Assembly: GCF_009914755.1 (NCBI RefSeq)
Contig: NC_060939.1
Source: the human T2T-CHM13v2.0 reference genome, Homo sapiens
Length of the DNA stretch: 64,000 bases
Strand: one strand, 5' to 3'
A model generated the notes under the pieces. The model had not been told where the DNA came from. It saw only the letters and a program-made list of their open reading frames with translations, and ran no database searches. Positions 46,227 to 61,989 of this stretch are shown one piece after another (position 1 is the first letter of the stretch; each line of letters begins with the position of its first letter). The position numbers and the translations under genes are program-made.

Positions 46227-47897
46227 GTAATTTATAGAAGTGGTGATAGATTTCACTGAGGGTGCACTTGTTGCAGAAGTTGTTACATTGCTCATTTGGT
46301 ATTATCCCTAGTGCTTGCAGAGGTTTTTGGAACTGAAAATTGAAAGTACCTTTATACATTTTTTTCTGTTTTAATTCTCACTTGTCATTATTCATCTGTT
46401 GTTTTCTGCTTGTAATAAGAACATGGAAAGTTCTAGAAATATGAGGGAATGGCAGTTTTTCTCCTTTCTTCTTTTTCTCTACCTCCAGTTAAATTTCCCA
46501 GTTTAGAAACAGATGCTTAATAAAACATACATATCAAAAAGTGGACCCTTAAGTCTTAAAGGTGTGATCATGACCATGTGAGCTATCTCCATGCCCTGAC
46601 GGCAACTTAGTTTTTAGGGTCATTGAAAATAAATTTTAAATTTTAAGTGGATCTGATTTCTGAGTTTTCAGTTTTAATTTTATAGTTATTTTCCATGATG
46701 AGAAATTATATTTCACTGTGATTAAGCTATAGACTCCTATATCAGAGAAGACAAGTTGAGCTTACCTCAAATTTGGTACTCAGGTAAGAAAAAGTATATA
46801 TCATAATTGAGGAGTAGACAAAATTACTGAGAGCTCTAAAACTTAGTGATGAGAGCGTTGGGTAGTTTCCTTCATAGAGCTCACAGTTAGTGATTGTGAA
46901 GTTTTATTCTCCTTTCTCCGATGCCACCAGGACTGAGAATCTGAATTGGTTAGTACCCATTTGACAATGTTTAGTTTGTGTCAATTTGCAGACTGGTGTA
47001 ACTAGTATCCCACACTGGTGTGAAAAAAAATATGCACATTAGCAGTTGGGGTGTAAAAGTAACTTTTCTCCTGAGATAACAATATATATACATAAAATAC
47101 ATTTAGTGGGCCCCTTAGGTTTTGTAGATGGATCTATAGTTTTATATACTTGGTTAGGAGATTTTTCTCTTCAGAGACAATTTCAAACAGGCACATTTCT
47201 ATTCACAGGATTATTCTGAGTCAGGGGAAAAGAAGGATTTGTCTTTGGTTGGATCTGTGCTGAGAAGAAATATATTTAGATTTTACTGTACAGCTAACAG
47301 GCTAGGCAAATACAATACCTGGCATTTATATAAATGCTTGTTGAATCTGTGAATGACTAAACAAAGCCCTTTTGTTTACTAGGAGAAGGTAAGCTCCTCC
47401 AGAGCAAGGAGTTGGTTTTATAAACTCAAATATATTTAGCATCTAGAACAGCAAGCAGTTGGGTGAATAAATGAGAACAATCTATTTATTCATTTATCAT
47501 CACATTGATGGGGAAACCTGGCCCACCATAGGGAAGGTTGTGCACTTGGTCAGTGTTACAGCTGGGATTTAGTTTAGTGTAGTACTCTACACTGTACTAT
47601 GATGGCCCTTTTGACTTATGAAGTATGAGTCATAGGTGTGAATATCAGGCAGAAAACATTCAGAAAGATTAATCGTCTTGTATAAATTCTTCCAAGTGGC
47701 TCCAGAAGCAGATATCCCATGTTGCCAGCTGTCTTTTCAACAAGGACAGTTTTGGTATGTTTTGGTCTTTGGGTAGTGGGGGCTGTTTGCTGAAATGTGA
47801 TGTTCCTATGTCAATACAGCAGAAAGTGTCTTTACATTAGCCATATAAAGGTATAGTTCGTTCAGTGGTAGTGATTTGGTTTTCTTTATTTTGTTAA

Positions 47898-48035
<138 letters not shown>

Positions 48036-48397
48036 TAAGTGTATCTGTTTCCTTTAAAACAGTGAGAAACTAAAAAAATTGAGTGGATATGTGAACTCCC
48101 AAGCCTAAAAGAGTGAATATGTTTGATTAATTACTTACTGTATGAGTTAAAGGTTAAGCTGAAGTTTAAGAGCTCCCAGTAGCTTCAATAAGGTAGACTG
48201 TGTTTCTTTCTTACCTATAAGGATGACTGCTGCTTTAGGTTAGCTGGGCAGCTCTATTCTACAAGGTCAGCCAGGGATCCAGGTTTCTTCCTTATTAACT
48301 CACCATTCCTTAGGCTGTTGTCTTTACCTGCATGGTTGATGCTGAATGTAACATCCACATCCAGGCTGTGGTGGAAGGAGATGGTTTGGGAAGCTAA

Positions 48398-48757
<360 letters not shown>

Positions 48758-49037
48758 TAATAAGTTTTAAATGACCCAGAAATTGCACACATCGTTCCTG
48801 CTTACATTCCATGGTTCAAAACTACATGATAGTTACAAGGGAAGTGGGCAGACATGCACTCAAGAAGAAGGAAATAACAGATTTAAGAGTTGGCCGACAG
48901 TCTGCCATTTTGGTATCATATGTTAATAACAGATCTTCTGTTTTCAGAGATATTATTAGGGACAGAAATCTCCTGATTCAGTAAAAAACAAAACAAAACA
49001 AAACAAAACATTTGGCCTTATTAGCATGAGACCAGTA

Positions 49038-49428
49038 TCTTTTTTCCCCCTTCCCCATTTTCCCTTCCCCTTCCCCGTTTTCCCCTTCCCTTTCCCCGTT
49101 TTCCCTTCCCCCTTTTCTCTTCCCCCTTTCCCTTTCCCCCTTCCCCCTTCCCCCTTCCTCTTCCCCTTCCTCCTTCCCTCTTCCCCCATCCCCCTTTCCC
49201 CATCCCCCTTTCCCCATCCCCCTTCCCCCTTTCCCCTTTCCCCTTCCTCCTTTCCCTTCCCCCTTTCCCCTTTTCCCATCTCCCTTCCCCTTTCCCCTCC
49301 CTCTCTCCCTTCCTTCCTTTTTCTCTCTTTTCTTTCCATCCTTTCCCTCCCTCCCATTCCCATCTTTCTTTGTTTCTTTCTTTTCTTCCTTTCTTCCTTC
49401 CTTTCTTTCCTTCCTTTCATTTATTTCA
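49038..49428. repeat. ~390-bp polypyrimidine (TTCCCC/TTCC/TTTC) tract forming the expanded tail of an antisense Alu (~49429-49705)
   Basis: Directly visible; explains the low-complexity ORFs at 48956-49532. Confidence 0.9.
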
Positions 49429-49456
49429 ACAGTCTCGCTCTGTCGCCCAGGGGTGA

Positions 49457-49642
<186 letters not shown>

Positions 49643-51234
49643 TGATCTGCTTGCCTTGGTCTCCCATAGTGCTGGGATTGCAGGCGTGAACCACTGCGCC
49701 CAGCCTTGTGTTGTTACTTTTTAAATGGGATAGCTGTAGCAAAATGCCTTGTCTCATTTGTTTGGTCCCTTAATAGAATGTCTGGTCTGTGGTTCAAGGC
49801 TTATTATTCCTAATAATTAGATTCTGAACTAAACTTAGATTTCTATTAATTTGTTAATCATCTTTGTCTTCTACCATGGTAGTAAATTTTCTGGTTATAT
49901 CAGTCACAGCACTGCTTTCTGAATTTTCTTCAACCATATTTTGTGTCTAAAACAGAAAAATCCCTTGGTTTGTTAAGCTACAGAACAGACTTTTGTCATC
50001 AAGAGGCTGTATATTTGGGCAAGTAGTAAGGAGCCATGTAACATGTTCAGTGCCTCTGTGGTGCTAGGTAGTAGCCCTGATCCCTGACCCCTGCCTTCTA
50101 GAGGTTAGCTCTTTGAGAATAGCATACATAAATCCCAAGGGGAACATTCTTCCAGTAACTGATCAAGGACTTTGGTCACTAAATTTCCTAAGGGAGAAAT
50201 GTGGACAGCTAAAATCTGAAGCCTTACTGAGAAGATAGAGACCATTGTTCATGACCTACAGCTTTGAAGAGAGTAGTCATGTTGTAGTGGGGAAGCCAAT
50301 ATTGCTAGAATTACAGAAGTTACCTGGCTTTGGGGAGGGAAGTGATCAAAGTGGATGTTTATTATGGCAGAAAGTGAAAGGCGGATTCCCAGTTGAATTG
50401 AGAAAGCTCTGTTTGGTCAGCTCAGGCCTCCCCTGGCTGGGGCTTTGCATCTTCTGGTTCAGGTCTTCCTATAGGTAACCAGTGCCCTATATCATTCCTT
50501 AGAAGCAGAAGACATTGTTCATAGCCCTTTGGTGTTTTACTGTTGAAACTGTCTGATGATCCTATGGTCAGATCATCTCAACTCAGTGTTGCCTTGGTTT
50601 TGTGACAAAGACAAATACTAGTGAGGGATTGAGCAGGCAATCCCTGATGTGAGTATTTTACTTACATCAGTGTTTACTCCCAAAGGTCAGTAGCACCTTC
50701 TTTCCTAGGATTGGTATGTATCTTCCTTCTTTTGTTTAGTTTGGCTACTTGGTATAGCTCTTTGTTTAAGTGGAGAGAACAGCATTAGGGGCCTTGGGAT
50801 CCTAAATTACATAGAAAATTATGCTGCCTGGCATTGTGAGCACAATGAGGATAGAAAAAAAATTCCACAAGAGAGGACTGGTGAAACTGTGTGTGTTCTA
50901 GGCTGACTTGGTTTATAAAGCATTGTTCTTTAATTTTATCAGTGTGACCAAGACAGTCATGCAAAACATTCTATAGGTTCTTTCTTAGGACTTTTACCCT
51001 AAGAAAGGAATCTGAATTCTAAGCCTCATTTTTCTTGCTGAGCAGTTCTCCTTATCACCAGGGTTGAGATGACCTACTTTTGATGGCAATTCCCAAATTG
51101 CCTTCAGGTATTTCCACGGGGAGGAAGAGGCTCAGTGGGGTCTGTCAAGTATTGCACGAGGGCATATTACTGTGCATGTGTCTTCGTGTTTCTCATCTAC
51201 ATCTTGTTTCCCTCTGAGCATCTCTATGTTGCAG

Positions 51235-51289
51235 GTTCTCACCAGAAAATACAGAGCTTCTTACAACTTTAGGATTACTCTACTTACAG
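51235..51289 (+). CDS. BBS4: BBS4 exon 9 (FSPENTELLTTLGLLYLQ)
   Basis: gttgcag|G ... CAG|gtaatg; 55 nt. Confidence 0.96.
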
Positions 51290-51512
51290 GTAATGAAAAC
51301 TCTGTACTCATTCATGCACTGATGTTAGAAATGGTTTTGGGTTTGTGTGTATGGTGGTTTTCCTGCATTCTGATATTTATTTTATTAAAGGTCATATAAA
51401 GTTCATGAACTACACTCTCTCTATTCGATACTCTTTGCTAAAGGAATTAATTTTCTGCATTTAAATTGGAAGCAATTCTATTTTAGCCTAGTGCAATTAT
51501 AATTCTTATCTA

Positions 51513-51815
<303 letters not shown>

Positions 51816-52456
51816 CTATCCAGGAAAGAGCATATATGAGAAATAACTCTGGTCTTGGAGGCTGTTATTTTGTTGTGAGGAGAGAAACAGATACAAGTGA
51901 GCACTTAGGGCTTTGGGGCAAAGCCATTTCTTTTGATCTTTCTTCCCAGCCAGAGTCTTATTGGAAAGAGAGAAGGCAAAGTATACTTTTATCTAGAATA
52001 AGAAGTTTTCTGTCCCCTCAACATTCCTGAATGTGAATGGGATTCTTTTAGCTCCATTGATTCTCTGGCTGAGGACCCAGGGCCCAGGTATCCAAGGGGC
52101 TTTTCCCTCTTCCCCAATATACACATTTGCCAAGTTCCTTGGTCAGCTGATTCTGCCTCCAGCCCTGCCTCTGTGGTGGCCTTTATGTCTATTTCATTTT
52201 TCTTTAAAAGGAATCAGGAGCTTAACCCTGGGTCTTCCTGGGCTTTGGCTTGGGAGGTTGGCTCCACGGGAGATGAGGATACCCAGCTCATTTCCTGCAA
52301 AGAGGCATTAATGTGGAACAGTACTAGTGTGGCAGAGATGGTTCTTATCAAATAGATACTTTGACCTTATCAGGTGACAAATTAACAAAAATAGAAGGAA
52401 AACCATGACTGGGGATTTTTAGTTTTCTTTCTTTATTATCTGGTAACTGTAGCTGC

Positions 52457-52487
<31 letters not shown>

Positions 52488-52528
52488 AAGAGAACTCAAA
52501 AAAGCCAGAGCATTTCTGTTCTGGGTGA

Positions 52529-52878
<350 letters not shown>

Positions 52879-52907
52879 TAAATTGTCTTGTTTGCTTTTT
52901 TTCCAAG

Positions 52908-52976
52908 CTCGGCATTTACCAGAAGGCATTTGAACATCTTGGCAATGCACTGACTTATGACCCTACCAACTACAAG
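52908..52976 (+). CDS. BBS4: BBS4 exon 10 ([23 protein letters not shown])
   Basis: ttttccaag|CTC ... AAG|gtatta; 69 nt; AAG acceptor. Confidence 0.95.
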
Positions 52977-53286
52977 GTATTACAGGCTGTGAAGGCTCTG
53001 GCCTTCATATAGACGGTCCCACTGCTCCTAGAGGTGATCTGACCCTGGAAAGCAAAGGAATAGCTTCTTAAATTTGGATACCTGAGAAATAGAAAAAATA
53101 TAAATAAAAGGTGGCTCTTCTTATTTGAAAATAGTGTCAAGTATGCTCTACTTATCTTCTAAAAGTGCACATTTGTTATAATAGACGTGTAACCCCTGCA
53201 GAAGGCAGATCATAGTGCTAGTAAAGCTTATGTGTTACTTAGGAAATTAGCAATGCCTCCACAACTATTGTCAAAAATAAATCTGC

Positions 53287-53721
<435 letters not shown>

Positions 53722-54358
53722 CTACAAAAAAAATTATCCAGGCATGGTGGCACACACCTGTAGTCCTAGCCACTCGGAAGGTGGAAGAGGGAAGATCACT
53801 TGAGCCCAGGAGTTTGAGTCTACAGTGGGCTATGATGGCACCACTATACTCCAGCCTGGGTGACAGAGTGAGACCCTGTCTCTAAAAAGAAACAATAATT
53901 ATGTTGAAATGACTTCTAGAGTCCTAATGATTTGATACTACAACTTTTTTTCTAGATGTGACTTTGGGAATGAGAAGGAATAGCATCAAATGGATGAACA
54001 TCATTGAGGAGATGCAGCAAGACAAGCTGTTTATTAAAGGATACAAACTGAATTCTGATTTAGGAAGTAACATTAGACTGTCAGCTCCCACCTTGATACC
54101 TTTCCTTAGAGAAATGAAAGGGCTGGGCTGATGAAGCCTAAAGCTGACTCGCCCTCTGTTCTACGGTAGAAAGAAATTTACCTTAAGTAGCCACGTACAG
54201 GTGTATTTCAGGTATCTAGAACACTTGGTATACCAAATAGGGGCTGCAGAGAACAGATTAAAGGAAGTTTTTACTTAAAGGGCTCTGGTATTCATTCTGA
54301 AATACTGACTTTCCTGGCTAGAAGTAGGAAACAGATGGGTAAAGCAAGTAACATTTTA

Positions 54359-54391
<33 letters not shown>

Positions 54392-54598
54392 TGCTGTGCC
54401 AGAGAGCCACAGTGTAGAGTGCAAGGACATTCCTCAGGAACATTTGTCCCAATAGGTTGGATATATTTATGTCCCTGGAAGAAATTTTCCAGTCCCATCT
54501 ATGCTGATGGGCCTGCTGAGTATAGACTCAGGAAAGCTGCCCCACTGCTACAGCCTTTTGGGAATGACTGAATGACTTTCTCTGTGCCATGTTTTCAG

Positions 54599-54751
54599 GC
54601 CATCTTGGCAGCAGGCAGCATGATGCAGACCCACGGGGACTTTGATGTTGCCCTCACCAAATACAGAGTTGTGGCTTGTGCTGTTCCAGAAAGTCCTCCA
54701 CTCTGGAATAACATTGGAATGTGTTTCTTTGGCAAGAAGAAATATGTGGCG
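54599..54751 (+). CDS. BBS4: BBS4 exon 11 ([51 protein letters not shown])
   Basis: ttttcag|GCC ... GCG|gtgagt; 153 nt; also seen in ORF 54572..54811. Confidence 0.97.
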
Positions 54752-54848
54752 GTGAGTGTCCCCTCATGTTCTTTGTTTGTATTTCTACATGTGGTTATTG
54801 GGTCTGTTTAGCTTGCCCTTCTCATTGAGTGCCCCTTCTCTCTCATAG

Positions 54849-55238
<390 letters not shown>

Positions 55239-55949
55239 TAAATAAAGATCATCCCTAGTTCACCTTTTACCAATTTTTTCCTCTTGCCTTGACAATTCAT
55301 TTATGTATATATTGAGTCCAACTAAGTTCCAGACAGCAAGTGTTAAGAGCTTGGGTTTTAGGTAGGGTCCTGCCTCTACTACTTATTATATGTACCTAGG
55401 GCTGATGTGAGGATTGCATGATTAAGCTCTCAATTAATAATACTGGTTTTGTTGAAATACTGATTTTTGAAAACTGTTGGTTTTACTGTGGTTATATAAT
55501 TGGTCTATTATTATCAATATTGTTGTTACTATAATTGGCCCCTAGGTGATACTTCCAAGTCAAGCTACCTTATGTTGAAACCCTTATCTCTTCTGAGCAT
55601 GTTATATAGAATGCCATTCTCTTCCTGAAACTCCATTTTATGCCATGCAAATACTAAAATTGATCATAAAAATAAGTTAAAATTAATCAAACACTTTAAC
55701 AATTATGCACAACCATTTTAAAGTACTGACTAGTCTTTCTAGGAATTTTTTTCTCCATATACATTTACTTACTAAATGTAAGACCCAAAGCAGATTTCCA
55801 TGTCCTCATTTGGCAGTCGTTTTCCAGTGGCTTTTTGTTCATTACTGTGGGTTCTTATTTAAAAGAGAAAGCTTGCAAAAGCAATTGTGGTTATTTGAGG
55901 GTTGCCTGAATACAAAGATAACTTTAAAAAAAAAACATAGGTTTTATTA

Positions 55950-56465
55950 TTATTCAGATATGGTATGGGCAACAGATCAGAAGACATCTGCCACTGGAAA
56001 GATAGTCTGTTACAATTCCTGAGAAGGAGGGCATGCTACACCGTGCAGGGCCACATGGGGAAGCACCAGGTCAGTCAGGAGGTAGAGGGAGCAAGGGGTA
56101 AATGTGGGCACAATTCTTTATTGTAGTTTTCATGGGTAGAAATGCCCTCCCCGGGGCAAGACCGGGAAAGCAGGTTAACCAGGTTGGGGATTGGCCAGTT
56201 TGAATAATTTCAGTGGGCTCTGGGCTATAGGGCTGTCTCTAGGTGTCTGGTACCTGACCCTCGGGTGACTAGGACTAGGGAATATTGGCCCAGTGTCAGG
56301 GCCCAGTAAAGGAGGCAGTTAAGAATATGAACACTGGGTTGGTCGGTCTGCATACAGAAGGTACTCTTGTAGGGGTTATATCTAGGAATTAGCTGACTGT
56401 GGGAGGGACAGTCTCCCCAGGGTCAGTAAGGCCCCAGATGTCAAAACATCAGAATAAAAAGGCTA
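55950..56465 (-). mobile_element. MER74/MER73-like ERVL LTR
   Basis: Reverse complement contains ...TTTGACATCTGGGGCCTTACTGACCCTGGGGAGACTGTCCCTCCC..., resembling the recalled MER74 5' end. Confidence 0.6.
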
Positions 56466-56591
56466 AAGTGGGGTGTGATGGTACATACCTGTAGTGCTGG
56501 CTACTTGGGAGGCTAAGGCAGGAAGTTTGCTTAAGCCCAGGAGTTGGGAGTACAGCCTGGGCAACACAGTGAGACTCCATTCCTCTCTCTT

Positions 56592-57522
56592 TTTTTAAAA
56601 ATTTTATTTTAGGTTCAGGGGTACATGTGCATCCTGTTACACAGGCACATGTGTGTCATGGGGATTAGTTGTACAGATTATTTCATCACCCAGGTACTAA
56701 GCCTAGTACCCAATAGTTATTTTTTTCTGGCCCTCCCCCTCCTCCAGTAAGCTCCAGTGTCTGTTTCCCTCTGTGTCTCCATGTGTTCTCATCATTTAGC
56801 TCTTATAGTGAGAACATGCAGGATTTGGTTTTCTATCCTTTATTAATTTGCTAAGGATGGTGGCCTCCAGCTCCATCTATGTTGCTGCAAAGGACACGAT
56901 CTTGTTCTTTTGTATGGCTGTGTCGTATTCCATGGTGTACATTTACATTTTGTTTATCCAGTCTACCATTGATGGGCATTTAGGTTGATTTCACATCTTT
57001 GCTATTGTGAATAGTGCTGCATTGAACACACACATGCATGTGTCTTTATGGCAGAACGATTTACATTCCTTTGGGCATATACCCAGTAATGGGATTGCTG
57101 GGTCGAAGGGTAGTTGTATTTTTAGCTCTTTGGGGAATTGCCAGATTGCTTTCCACAATGGTTGAACTAATTTACACTCCCATCAACAGTGTATAAGCAT
57201 TCCCTTTTCTCTGCAGCCTCACCAGGATGTTATATTTTGAGTTTTTAATAATAGCCATTTTGACTGGTGTGAGATGGTTATCTCACTGTGGTTTCAATTT
57301 GCATTTCTCTAATCAGTGATAGAGTTTTTCATATGCTTGTTGGCTGCATACATGACTTCTTTTGAAGTGTCTGTTTATGTCCTTTGCCCATTTTAATGGG
57401 ATTGTATTCTTCTTGTAAATTTGCTTAAGTTCCTTATAGATCCTGGATATTAGACCTGCATGGTTTGCAAATATTTTCTCCCATTTTGTACATTGTCTGT
57501 TTACTGTGTTGATAGTTTCTTT
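56592..57522 (-). mobile_element. 5'-truncated primate L1 (older L1PA-like) 3' end
   Basis: Antisense L1 3'UTR (ggggtacatgtgca...ttatttcatcacccaggtactaagcc); an ORF2 C-terminal remnant appears in ORF 57313..57696 (KWEKIFANH...[11 protein letters not shown]). Confidence 0.85.
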
Positions 57523-58371
57523 AGATAGCTGGGTTCTAATGGAACACAGAAATGTAAACAGCCATAATGTAAGAGATAACAGCGATGCTAACTTTACAAA
57601 GTAGAGATGGCATTCAAACTGGATCCTGAACAACAAGCTAAAATGGAATAGCACAGAATGGCTGAGGAGCCACTGTGAAGAAAGGCATGCAGCCATGAAA
57701 CTGCAGTGTCCCTTGCTGTTAGTGGGGGTTAGTGTTAGAGAATATGATGGGAGATGAATCAGGAAAGATATTCTGGGGTCAGATTATGGAGGTCATGCGT
57801 ACAGTGCAAGGACTTTATCTTAGAGGCCATGTTTGTCCAGCTGTCTTCCTAGATCTCCTCTTAGGTGCCTGGTAGGAGTGAGTGCATAGCTGGTGGGGAG
57901 GTGGAATGGGCAGGGCTTCCAGAGCAGCTGTTTTTGTTTTATATATTAGGTGTCAAGGAAATACTGATTTTAAAAAGTGGGGGGAGTGTTTTACTGCTAA
58001 ATGAAAGTGTAAAGATCATGGTTATAGATGTGGGGGGCCAGTGAGGATTCCTAAGTAGGATGGTAATGTGGTCAGATTTGTAAGGCAGTGAGATACCTGG
58101 CAGCGCTGTGGAAGGTGGAATGGAGGCAGGTGGGGACTTTGACACTGGGGAATAAATGGAAAGCCTAAAACTACTTGGGCCTGAACAAGGGCAGTGTCAG
58201 AAAAGAAACTGCAAAAAAAGGATGCATAGAACCTGGCAACTGATTGACTGTAGAAGAGATGGTTGAAGATAGCACCAGGTATCTAAGCTGACTTAGTAAA
58301 CTCTGGTGCCATGAGCTGACAGGGTGAAGTTTACTTTGGGGGTAGTCTTTAATACTCCTTTTGTCTTCTAA

Positions 58372-58491
<120 letters not shown>

Positions 58492-59055
58492 TGAGAATGG
58501 TACTGGCGGGGGTTGGACTCTCCAAAGCCATGAGGTGGTGCCATACATAGCATTGGTGCTGCCTGTGTCAGCCCAGCTGTTCCTCTATGGCATTAGTACA
58601 TAGCAGACCTCAGTGTGGAGGGATGTGTCTCCTAAGTATGTGGTGGCTCAGCAGGAATTGACACTCTGAGAAAATGTTTCCAGTCCTAAACTGAGTAATC
58701 AGGAGGCTAGAGAATGTCAGAACTGGCAGTGGGCTTGGGTTGCTGATAGCTATGGGCTAGCTGGAATATCAGATGGGACTCTGGGCTGTTTAATTCAAGA
58801 TAAAACTTGACTCTTCCAGGATTTACTCCGCTGGCATCTTCTAGACAGCAGGGTAGAGATCCCTTTTTCAACCCTGGCCTAGGTAGTCTCTGTTGAGGGC
58901 TGAGATGCCAGATTTGGTCCCAATACCAGCTTTGCTTGTTAGGCCATTAACTCCTTGATTCTTCTCCACAGGTCTGCTTAGCACGTATGTACCTACCTTG
59001 CTGCATAATGGAGAAATCTCTACTTAACCAGTTTTGTTTTGTTTTTGTGTAATGA

Positions 59056-59295
<240 letters not shown>

Positions 59296-59480
59296 TAAGC
59301 TCTCAGGAGACTTTTAAAAATCAAGCTCAAATCATCCAAATCCAAGGTATTACACGTTCATGGCTGTTCTGGCTTTGATGTTCCTAGCAGCATGAGTTCA
59401 TCAATTAATAACAGCCTGAGAAAAACTTTCCTAGAATAATAATAAAAGGAAATTCAGGCTTACTGAGTTGTTATTGCTAA

Positions 59481-59772
<292 letters not shown>

Positions 59773-60030
59773 TGATCCACGTGCCCAGCCCTATTTCACT
59801 TGTTGTAGGAAATGCACTGTTTGGCCCGGTAATGCACCAGGCTTGAATTGTTGGGTTTTGAGATCCTATGTGAACCACCATGCCATCCAGTAAAGGCAAT
59901 CTGTAATCTCTACTGTTTGATAAGTACTTCCTGCCTCAACTGCTAGTACGACCAGACACTATTTCAGCTAAAACCCCAGCTCGAAGACCAAAGAAGTGGG
60001 TTGGCTTGTCTCTGACAGTCACGCTTTTGA

Positions 60031-60327
<297 letters not shown>

Positions 60328-60721
60328 TAGCTTTCAGTGAGGTTCTCTTCAGACTCATATGTCCAACGTAGTATTGGCCACAAGGGGAGAAAAAAAACAC
60401 AGGGTGGCTAAATTGGCACTTGTTTCCTTAAGGCGAGCTATGTAGTAGGTAACAGCTACTCACAGACTTAGTTGGATGGTCTATACACTGGTCTTTCCAA
60501 TTTTAGCAATATGTTATTAAGTATATCCTGTTATGCAATGTTTAATTTTTACTGCTTTATCAGAAGTTGACACGTAAATATTTTTCAGTGACTCATTGAA
60601 GGCAAACTTGACTGTTGCTTTATTTCTCAGTTATAGTCTTCCCTTATAGTTAATGGGTCAGTCCCACTGGTTCCAGAAAATATGGGGTTTCCTCTTGAAC
60701 TCTAACAGCAAAAAAGAATGA

Positions 60722-60883
<162 letters not shown>

Positions 60884-61770
60884 GAATAGAATGAATGACC
60901 CCAAAATAGGGTTTTCTTGGGCGAGGATGTGCTGGATTAGGAAAGGTGACATGACACAGGCAGAGCAGAGTGGCACCCACCACAGAATACAGTGTGTGTT
61001 ATTACGAGGAGCCAGCAGTTGAGCCTAAGGTCCTTCTACCTACCTGGTATTGGCATTTGAGGTCGGAAACCCTCTACTGCCCCATAAGCCAGGAAAAGTG
61101 AAAAGAGAACACAGTTCCTTTAAGAACTGGCAGCAAGGCTTGAGGCCTTATGTATGTAGCTGAGTCAGCAAGGTACATGATGCTGTCTGCTTTCAAAAGG
61201 ACTTTTCTCTCCTAGCTGACTGACTCCTTCCTTAGTTCAAGGAACAGCTGAGACAGACCTCTGCTGAGTAGCTCTGTGATGACAAAGCCTTGGTTTAACT
61301 GAGGTGATCCTCAGGTTGTGAGGTTTATTAGTCCCCAAGGCAAACACAAATATTAGATTAATAATCCAACTTTAATAGTATACATTTAAAAGAAAAAAAA
61401 CAAAAGCCCTGGAAGTTGAGGCCAAGCCTGCTGAGTATTGCAGCTGCATTTGCCCAAAGGGAATCCAGAACAAGTCCCTCCCTGTATTTTGTTTTTGAGA
61501 GGGGTCAGTCTAGAAGCTAGATCCTATCAGGATGAGGAGCAGCAGCCCAGGGCTTGTCTGGATCAGCACCAACGATTTTAAAGAAAAAAGGAAGAGTTTC
61601 TTAGATGAGTAATTGTTATTGAAGATAGTCAGTGATAACCACTGACCAGATGCTATCAATACACTATGTGTCCTTTTTAGAATAAAGATTACATATCATC
61701 ATTCCTTTGGGGAAAATTGTTATTCAGGTATAAAAACAAGAGATCATAATAAAAACCTAAAAGAACCTAT
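60884..61770 (+). other. BBS4: BBS4 3' UTR (~0.9 kb)
   Basis: Repeat-free sequence between the stop codon and the tandem AATAAA signals; the 3' end is inferred. Confidence 0.75.
61681..61753 (+). terminator. Tandem polyadenylation signals AATAAA (61681-61686 and 61748-61753)
   Basis: Two canonical hexamers; the distal one is followed by U/GU-rich sequence (cttcccttacctgtgtct). Confidence 0.75.
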
Positions 61771-61958
61771 GATCACGGTCTTCCCTTACCTGTGTCTAAG
61801 CCTATTTTGAAATTGGAGGAGGAACCTCAAGGCCAAGTTCCTGCTTGGTACAGGCATGGCCTCTGCAGCAACCCTGATGCATGATAAGCCAGCAATTTGC
61901 TTACTGAGGGCCAGTCCCCATTTTGCACTGAAAGTGCCCTTTAATCACCATAATTTAA

Positions 61959-61989
61959 AGATAGATAGATTAGATAGATGATAGATAGA
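61959..61989. repeat. Short imperfect (GATA)n
   Basis: agatagatagattagatagatgatagatag. Confidence 0.85.
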
